A DNA stretch of 30,373 bases from a virus (taxonomy: Duplodnaviria > Caudoviricetes), in IMG/VR virus record IMGVR_UViG_3300042923_000170, positions 1 to 30,373 of that record; one strand, 5' to 3'. Each line of letters opens with the position of its first letter. Positions within the stretch are counted from its first letter, which is position 1. The position numbers and the translations under genes are program-made. The notes beneath the pieces are model-generated. The model had not been told where the DNA came from. It worked only from the letters and a program-made list of their open reading frames with translations, and searched no databases. Below are positions 24,305-30,373 of the stretch, one piece after another.

Positions 24305-25168
24305 ATGGATCAAAATGAATTTCGTCAACTGAAAGAATCGGGCGGAACTGTAACGGATGCCGCGTTACGAGATGCAGAAACGACCATTATCGATGACCGG
24401 GAGGAAGTTATTACCGAATCAGAAGATGTGGAGAACGAAGAAGAGCACGAGGAACAGGAAGATCAGCAAGAGCAGGAAGAAGATGAGGAAGACGATCTTC
24501 CACCGCTTAACGAGAAAGAGAAAACGGCTTTCGAGAAACGGCGCGAACGTGATGAAAAGAAGCTTCGTGAACAGTTAGAAGCCGAATACGAGCAAAAGTA
24601 CGGCCGTCACAAACAAGTCATTGAAATGCTTGGCGGGGATCCAGACGCTATTGAAAAGCGTATCCGCGACAACCAACTCGCTCAAGAGGCTCAACGATTA
24701 GCGGAAGCTAATGACTGGAGCGACGAAGACACGCAATGGTACATCAATCAACAAAAGCAAGAACGTGAATTAAAAGAGCTTCGCGTCCAATCAAGCATCA
24801 ACAAACTTAGCGCGAACCCTGACTATGCTGGAATTTCCACTATGGAAAAGGAAATCCTCGCAAAGATTGACCAGACCAAGGGGCAACTGAGTGTAGAAGA
24901 AGCTTATTGGGCGCTAGGTGGTCACAAGAAAGCTGAACAGATCAGGTTAGAGGCTCAAATGCGCGAGTCTGTTAAGCGCCAGAAGACTCCGAGAACGGTT
25001 ATAACCGACACCCAGGTATCAACTACCACAGAGAAGCCTTTACCTTCTGACGTAGTTAGGGACGCCGAGAGAATGGGTATCAGCGCAACAGAAGCTAGGA
25101 AGTTAATGACGAAAGAACCCGTCAACAATATCGACGAATGGCGGGCAAGAAACAAAGCATCCAAATAA
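24305..25168 (+). CDS. Capsid scaffolding protein
   Basis: Acidic N-terminus and coiled coil; lies between portal and capsid genes; AGGAGG RBS. Confidence 0.75.
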   Translation: MDQNEFRQLKESGGTVTDAALRDAETTIIDDREEVITESEDVENEEEHEEQEDQQEQEEDEEDDLPPLNEKEKTAFEKRRERDEKKLREQLEAEYEQKYGRHKQVIEMLGGDPDAIEKRIRDNQLAQEAQRLAEANDWSDEDTQWYINQQKQERELKELRVQSSINKLSANPDYAGISTMEKEILAKIDQTKGQLSVEEAYWALGGHKKAEQIRLEAQMRESVKRQKTPRTVITDTQVSTTTEKPLPSDVVRDAERMGISATEARKLMTKEPVNNIDEWRARNKASK

Positions 25169-25181
25169 GGAGGAATTATGA

Positions 25182-25628
25182 ATGGAAATCGTACGTTCTG
25201 CAAGGAATGCGGACAATGTGCCAATTATTTATCATCTCAAAATCGATGTGAGCCAAACAATCAGCGTAGGTGACTTGGTTCAGATCGATTCCACAAGCCG
25301 GTTAGGAGAGGCTGCTATCGCGGCATCTACAACGATCGTCGGTATCGCTCAAGAAGCAATCACTACTGGTGCCACGGTGACAGACGCTGATACTATCCCA
25401 GTAGCTCTTGTGCGTGGTTTTGTCGTGCGTGCCGCAGTGTCGCAAGGTGGAACCAAGAAGACGTTTGCAGAGGCAGACAAGTACACCACAGCTTACGATC
25501 TTCTGAACAAGACGACCATCGCGCCGGACGACACAACAGGCGGCATGTGCTTCGTGCAAGGATTTAACAACACACTAAACACGGTTGATTTCATCATTGG
25601 TGATGCCAACCTTGTAAACATCGGTTAA
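25182..25628 (+). CDS. Capsid decoration/cement-like protein
   Basis: TISVGDLV...IVGIAQE motif; immediately before the major capsid gene. Confidence 0.65.
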   Translation: MEIVRSARNADNVPIIYHLKIDVSQTISVGDLVQIDSTSRLGEAAIAASTTIVGIAQEAITTGATVTDADTIPVALVRGFVVRAAVSQGGTKKTFAEADKYTTAYDLLNKTTIAPDDTTGGMCFVQGFNNTLNTVDFIIGDANLVNIG

Positions 25629-25641
25629 GGGGGAATTATAA

Positions 25642-26529
25642 ATGCCAGTAATGACAGGTCAGTTTAATAACCTATGGACACGCAAGATTGATGAAACGTT
25701 CTTCGAGGCTTGGGATGAGGAACCGGAAGAGTGGCCGGAGTTTTTAAAGAACGAAACATCCAATCAACACAATGAAACATACCAATCCTTCGCGGGTACG
25801 GTGAACTGGCGTCCAAAGGCTGAAATGCAAAACGCCGAGCAAGACACATTTAACCTCGCGGATTTGATCGTAACTGAGTTCGATCCGTACGGCGTTGAAA
25901 TCGTGCTTTCCCGAGAATACATCGATGATCAAAAATACGGCGAAGTCATCGACATGACACGTGATGCCGGGCATGCAGGACGCAACACGGTTGAGCAGAA
26001 TGCCGTTAGCGTATTGGACGGTGCTTTCACGGTTAATCAGTACGATGGACAACCAATGATTTCCGCATCTCACCCTTACCGGAAAACTGGTCTTGCAGGA
26101 ACGCAAACCAACTTGACGACTGGAGCTTTGTCCGACATCACGGTTAAAGCCGGGCTCAACCTCTTTAACTCGATCAATGACGAAGCTGGCAAGCGTGTAA
26201 AAATGAACGCTTCTAGCCTGACAACTCATAAGGACAATCAGTTCACGGTTGCGACAATCTTCCAATCTTCGCAGCGTTCCGGTACGGCGAACAACGACAA
26301 AAACGTTCTGCCAGATCTGAAATTCAACTACTCCACGTTCATTGCTTCTAAAACAGCGTGGTTCCTGCAATCCAAGCAACACAAGATGATTCACTTCTAC
26401 CGTGTTAAACCGGAGTTCCTGAAACGCAAATACATGAATCCTAACGGTTCCCAATCTTGGGATGGTTACTTGCGTGATAACACGGTTGTTCGTAACTGGA
26501 GGGGCGTTGTGGGCTCTACTGGTCTATAA
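25642..26529 (+). CDS. Major capsid protein (Mu gpT-like)
   Basis: YGVEIVLSREYIDD, YDGQPMISASHP, TANNDKN, TAWFL, NWRGVVGSTG. Confidence 0.85.
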   Translation: MPVMTGQFNNLWTRKIDETFFEAWDEEPEEWPEFLKNETSNQHNETYQSFAGTVNWRPKAEMQNAEQDTFNLADLIVTEFDPYGVEIVLSREYIDDQKYGEVIDMTRDAGHAGRNTVEQNAVSVLDGAFTVNQYDGQPMISASHPYRKTGLAGTQTNLTTGALSDITVKAGLNLFNSINDEAGKRVKMNASSLTTHKDNQFTVATIFQSSQRSGTANNDKNVLPDLKFNYSTFIASKTAWFLQSKQHKMIHFYRVKPEFLKRKYMNPNGSQSWDGYLRDNTVVRNWRGVVGSTGL

Positions 26530-26541
26530 GGAGGGGTTAGA

Positions 26542-26862
26542 ATGGCAAGCGCTGGAACAACAAGTTTTACGGGATTGGCGTTAGGTGATAACGACCTATT
26601 CACGGCTGTATTAAACGGAACAACAACATTCGATCCCGCTTCACTCGCTACTGTCACAGGAGCATTATCAAGTGGTATCACCGTTACTGGTGCAGCTTTA
26701 GGTGATATCGTTGTCGTTACAGCTCCTTACGACCTACAAGGGATCATAGCCCAAGGATTCGTATCTGCTGCGAATACGGTCAAGATTTCACTGTTCAATC
26801 CTACTGCCGGAACGATTGACCTCGCATCGGGAACTTGGAAAATCAAAGTCCTGAAAGGTTAG
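26542..26862 (+). CDS. Putative virion structural protein
   Basis: A/T/G-rich beta protein (ITVTGAALGDIV...GTIDLASGTW) after the capsid gene. Confidence 0.7.
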   Translation: MASAGTTSFTGLALGDNDLFTAVLNGTTTFDPASLATVTGALSSGITVTGAALGDIVVVTAPYDLQGIIAQGFVSAANTVKISLFNPTAGTIDLASGTWKIKVLKG

Positions 26863-26870
26863 GTGGTGTA

Positions 26871-27059
26871 ATGAACAGTTCATGGAATGTGTGGAGCGCT
26901 AGTGCACCAGTTAGCGCCTCTTCTCCAAAAGATAAAATTCCCTATATCGGACAATTGAAGTCCAACGATCAAATGACTGATGGACAGAAACTAACCATCA
27001 CGAATTACAATCTTATGCGTAACACATTGATTAAAAATGGATTGATGGATGAAAAGTGA
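26871..27059 (+). CDS. Hypothetical protein
   Basis: AGGTGG RBS. Confidence 0.65.
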   Translation: MNSSWNVWSASAPVSASSPKDKIPYIGQLKSNDQMTDGQKLTITNYNLMRNTLIKNGLMDEK

Positions 27060-27080
27060 GGGGCTTCGGCTCCTCTTTTT
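27058..27080 (+). terminator. Rho-independent terminator with UUCG loop
   Basis: GAGGGGC-TTCG-GCTCCTC-TTTTT. Confidence 0.8.
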
Positions 27081-27097
27081 CTTTAAGGAGGTTTATC

Positions 27098-27292
27098 ATG
27101 GATCACTTCCCAGGTATCACACCGAGAGAACGATACGACAACGATTTACTTAATGAAATGCGGAAACTCAATGAAAACATAGAAAGATTGTTCGACCGTA
27201 ATGCGCAAGCGGTTGAGCAACCAGTAAATAAAGTCGTAACACAACTACAACCCGCACAAAGGCGCGGAAGAAAGAAGGTCGTAAATAAATGA
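27098..27292 (+). CDS. Hypothetical protein
   Basis: AAGGAGG RBS before ATG 27098; basic C-terminus RRGRKK. Confidence 0.7.
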   Translation: MDHFPGITPRERYDNDLLNEMRKLNENIERLFDRNAQAVEQPVNKVVTQLQPAQRRGRKKVVNK

Positions 27293-27540
27293 TCAGAGTC
27301 AATGGTAGCGGTCAAGGGGCAACGGTAATTACGCCAAGCGATACTGTTAACATATCCTTTCCTAACGGAACTCCTTATACGCTCAAGGTATACGTAGGAG
27401 TAACGGGTAATTTATCGGCGGTTATGGCTAATGGTCAAGTTGTTTTATATGAAAATATCCCGGTCGGATTCCATGATCTATCTGTCATAAGGATTAATTC
27501 AACGAACAACACAGCCACAAAGTTAATAGCTATTTACTAG
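27289..27540 (+). CDS. Small virion protein (spike-base-like)
   Basis: ITPSDT...VYVGVTGNL...RINSTNNTATKLIAIY; precedes the beta-helix spike. Confidence 0.65.
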   Translation: MIRVNGSGQGATVITPSDTVNISFPNGTPYTLKVYVGVTGNLSAVMANGQVVLYENIPVGFHDLSVIRINSTNNTATKLIAIY

Positions 27541-27550
27541 GGGTGATAAA

Positions 27551-29299
27551 ATGTCTTCTCCAATGTCGAGAGTAAGTTCAATGATTAGTAGTGATATCGG
27601 AAATTATCTTACAAACGTTAAAACATGGGGCGGTTTGGTTTATAACGTTAAAGATTATGGAGCCAAGGGTAATGGAAAAACTAACGATACATCAGCGATT
27701 CAAAAAGCAGTAGACGCTGCAAGTTCTGCGGGTGGCGGGGAAGTAAGAATTCCTGCTGGAATTTATATGATCCAAGGTGCAACGGGCGGAGTAACCTACG
27801 AAGGACAAGGTGGAGGCATTAAAATTCCTAGCAACATTCATCTTGTACTAGATGAATCAGCTATTTTAAGGCAAATACCGACAGAGTATTCTAATTACAA
27901 CATCATTTACTTTTCTAGAGCAATGAACTCCAGTATAACCGGGGGCATTATCCAAGGTGAACGATATGAACATCTTGGTGTTGGCGGGGAGTTCGGATAT
28001 GCAATAGGCGTATTTTCCTGCGAGAACATCACCATCGAAAGCGTTACCTGTAAAGATTGTTGGGGTGATGGAATTGTTTGGCAAGTTGATAAAGACGTAA
28101 GAAACGACCCTTCAATTCCGATACGCGAAAAGCAAAATAAAAACATCACAATGAATAATGTAACCTGCGATAACAACCGCAGGCAGGGAGCATCGATTGA
28201 ATCTGTGTTAGTGGGATCAATAACTAATTCACGGTTCAACAATACTAGCGGAACAGCTCCCGCATGTGGTATAGACATCGAACCATTCACCGCAGAGAAG
28301 ATTACAGAAGACTTAAAGATCATAGGAAACCATTTTGAAAACAACGATCAATTCGGACTATTGATTCTAAATCAAACTACACAAAGAATCGTCGTTGAAG
28401 GAAATACTTTCAAAGATAACAAGTCGTTAGAAGGTCAAATAGGCGCTAAAAACACTTCGAAACTAACGATCAGTAACAACATATTCAGCGATGGTGTAGG
28501 TCGTGGTATAAAGCTTACCCTTACGAATGATTGCACCCTCTCAGGGAACAGGATAAGGGAAGGTGCGATTATCCTGTCGGGATGCAAGGATATCCTGTGT
28601 GACGGTAATTCAGTTATTTATGACACGAGGTTGAACGTTAACTTTGTGGTCACAGAAGCAAATTCCTCTATCGACTGTCAGGACATTCAAATACTTAACA
28701 ATACTTTCGGATATGAGACAAACCCTTTAACGACAAACGGGATGGACATTGCAGGGAAGAACATCTTAATAAACAATAACCGGATATCAGGCGCGCTAGC
28801 TGCTCTTTCTTCTTCCGGAATAGGAACGTACTTCGAATTCAAAAACAACTACGTAATCGATATGTCTATTCAAGGCATAAACGTAGCTGACGGATCAAAG
28901 GCTGAGATTGATAACAATACATTTAGCGGAATAGGTTGGAATAACAACGGACAAGCCATCATTCGAGTACGGGATAATGCGGTAGCAAACATCAACAACA
29001 ACGCGTTTTACAAGGATCGAATTGGTGGTGGTGACTTAGGTACGGGGAGACCGACATCGTATTTCAGGATTGAAGTAAATGGAATCGTAAATGCGTTCAA
29101 TAACTTTGTAGATTCCCTGGTGCTTAACAATCTAGGCACGCTCTCAACGGTAATACCAAGAATTAGATATCGCATGGGCACTACCGCTCAGAGGCCTACG
29201 ACCGTAATAGCTGGAGACTTTTACTACGACACAACTCTAGGTAAGCCGATATGGTACAACGGAACGGTTTGGAAAGATGCTGCCGGGACTACGGTCTAG
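27551..29299 (+). CDS. Pectate-lyase-like right-handed beta-helix protein (spike/depolymerase)
   Basis: NVKDYGAKGNGKTNDTSAIQKAVD, IPAGIY, NNRRQG, GIDIEP, Asn-ladder repeats; C-terminal GTTAQRP...YYDTTLGKPIWYNGTVWKDAAG. Confidence 0.88.
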   Translation: MSSPMSRVSSMISSDIGNYLTNVKTWGGLVYNVKDYGAKGNGKTNDTSAIQKAVDAASSAGGGEVRIPAGIYMIQGATGGVTYEGQGGGIKIPSNIHLVLDESAILRQIPTEYSNYNIIYFSRAMNSSITGGIIQGERYEHLGVGGEFGYAIGVFSCENITIESVTCKDCWGDGIVWQVDKDVRNDPSIPIREKQNKNITMNNVTCDNNRRQGASIESVLVGSITNSRFNNTSGTAPACGIDIEPFTAEKITEDLKIIGNHFENNDQFGLLILNQTTQRIVVEGNTFKDNKSLEGQIGAKNTSKLTISNNIFSDGVGRGIKLTLTNDCTLSGNRIREGAIILSGCKDILCDGNSVIYDTRLNVNFVVTEANSSIDCQDIQILNNTFGYETNPLTTNGMDIAGKNILINNNRISGALAALSSSGIGTYFEFKNNYVIDMSIQGINVADGSKAEIDNNTFSGIGWNNNGQAIIRVRDNAVANINNNAFYKDRIGGGDLGTGRPTSYFRIEVNGIVNAFNNFVDSLVLNNLGTLSTVIPRIRYRMGTTAQRPTTVIAGDFYYDTTLGKPIWYNGTVWKDAAGTTV

Positions 29300-29311
29300 A
29301 AAGGAAATCAT

Positions 29312-29446
29312 ATGAAACACTATCACGCCCTATGGTTTTACTATCATAGGGCTTTACTCCATTCACTTACCGACAATCCCAAGACAATAAAGATGAGAAA
29401 TCATCATACCAATAAAATGAACCACCATAAGGAGCGTATGAAGTGA
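29312..29446 (+). CDS. 44 aa His-rich micro-ORF
   Basis: AAAGGA RBS; MKHYHALWFYYHRALLHSLTD...; stop overlaps the protease GTG. Confidence 0.5.
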   Translation: MKHYHALWFYYHRALLHSLTDNPKTIKMRNHHTNKMNHHKERMK

Positions 29447-30072
29447 AGAAAATAATGACGCTTATCCTGATTTTACTTTTCATAATTCCATATCAATCAT
29501 CTGCCGGAGAATTGACGGAGGAACAACATAGACTTAGCGGAATAGATCGCGCGATGAAAGCGACGGTAATGATCGAAATGCTAGGCGAAGGAATACTGCC
29601 ACTCTCATATGCGAGTGGCTTTTTTGTTGCCAAAAACACCATTATCACTAATTATCACGTTGTCAGCCGTGAGGGTTCAACGGGTATTCGAATTAGAATG
29701 TCAGACAATAAAGTCTGCACGGGTACGGCCGGATACCGGAATAAAGGTGTTGATCTCGCGCTCATAAAGACGGATTGCACAGCGGAGCCATTGGAGATCG
29801 CCGACTATGCCGTACTTGGTCAAGACGTGTTCGTACTCGGGTCGGCTAAAGTGGACTTTGCAGTTAATGCGGGTATCATTGCAAAGCTAGAAGAGAAACA
29901 ACACATCGTTGCTAACGTATTTGCCACTCACGGCAATAGCGGAGGCGCGATGATCAATTCTGACGGGAAGGTTGTCGGAGTTGTGAGAGGTAGCGAAGAC
30001 GCTGAATACTTCGTTTATGGAATTCAGATTAAGCACATCAAATACTTTTTAGAGCAATCGGGGGTGTTATGA
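29443..30072 (+). CDS. Trypsin-like (S1) serine protease with signal peptide
   Basis: TNYHVV, DLALIK and GNSGG catalytic triad; N-terminal MKKIMTLILILLFIIPYQSSA. Confidence 0.9.
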   Translation: MKKIMTLILILLFIIPYQSSAGELTEEQHRLSGIDRAMKATVMIEMLGEGILPLSYASGFFVAKNTIITNYHVVSREGSTGIRIRMSDNKVCTGTAGYRNKGVDLALIKTDCTAEPLEIADYAVLGQDVFVLGSAKVDFAVNAGIIAKLEEKQHIVANVFATHGNSGGAMINSDGKVVGVVRGSEDAEYFVYGIQIKHIKYFLEQSGVL

Positions 30073-30373
30073 GTGGCTTCATCTCAAGCTATCTTAAATG
30101 ACATCGACCTAAGATACAGAAATACATTTACAACCGCGCAAAAGCTCGTGTGGTTCAACGAAGAACAACTAGAACTATTCGACATACTAGAAATAGATTC
30201 GCCACCATACGCCTTCACAACGGTTCAGGGAGAGAACTTCTATCCATTCCCTGATCAGTTTGATATGACAAAGATTAAAGTCGTTAACATTCAAATAAAC
30301 GATGATACCAACTTTGTAGAGTTGCCATTTGAACGCAATGACAACAACGAATATGCTGCTTATGGTTATCCGT
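30073..30373 (+). CDS. Putative head-tail adaptor protein (partial, runs off the right edge)
   Basis: GGGGTG RBS, GTG start; MASSQAILNDIDLRYRN...KLVWFNEEQ...TTVQGENFYPFPD; open to the end of the window. Confidence 0.55.
   Translation, partial: MASSQAILNDIDLRYRNTFTTAQKLVWFNEEQLELFDILEIDSPPYAFTTVQGENFYPFPDQFDMTKIKVVNIQINDDTNFVELPFERNDNNEYAAYGYP

Noticed and set aside
24420-24500. GAA/GAG-rich low-complexity tract
   Set aside because: Explained by the acidic N-terminus of the scaffold protein.
25178-25273. Alternative-frame ORF MNGNRTFCKECGQC... sharing the AGGAGG RBS
   Set aside because: ATG is only 4 nt from the SD; the 25182 start has 8 nt spacing and encodes a plausible decoration protein.
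25744-26454. 236 aa minus-strand ORF
   Set aside because: Antisense shadow of the major capsid gene; no recognisable protein features.
2256-28344. Numerous 60-145 aa minus-strand ORFs in the ORF track
   Set aside because: They lie opposite better-supported + strand genes and show no recognisable motifs.

Overview
The whole window is one co-oriented (almost entirely + strand) segment of a temperate phage or prophage. The host is probably a Bacillota/Bacilli spore-former, inferred from GGAGG Shine-Dalgarno sites, sigmaA-type promoters, and RecU, YopX, DnaD-domain and RsfA-like genes. From left to right: (1) a lysis/lysogeny switch with the start of a divergent CI-like repressor, four operator-like sites, a Cro-like HTH, an antirepressor and an Xis-like HTH; (2) a mosaic early region with an ERF recombinase, HNH proteins, ASCH, an RHH regulator missed by the ORF track, an RsfA-like Myb protein, a DnaD-type initiator with iterons, a DnaC loader, two orphan DNA methyltransferases, RecU and YopX; (3) an ArpU/RinA-type late activator followed by a structured non-coding leader; (4) a podovirus-like packaging and head module (terminase, portal, scaffold, capsid) with a beta-helix depolymerase and a secreted-type trypsin protease. 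The most unusual signal is a family of at least seven dispersed, structured 40-50 bp elements, consensus GCGYRTARCGC-CATCG-NNN-CGACCG(C)AAY-Nx-ARGCCG. They sit at gene junctions only in the variable early region, include one compensatory base-pair change and GNA-triloop mini-hairpins, and bracket one gene as an inverted pair. They are a candidate cassette-shuffling or regulatory system. All protein calls are by eye from motifs and synteny; no database searches were run.
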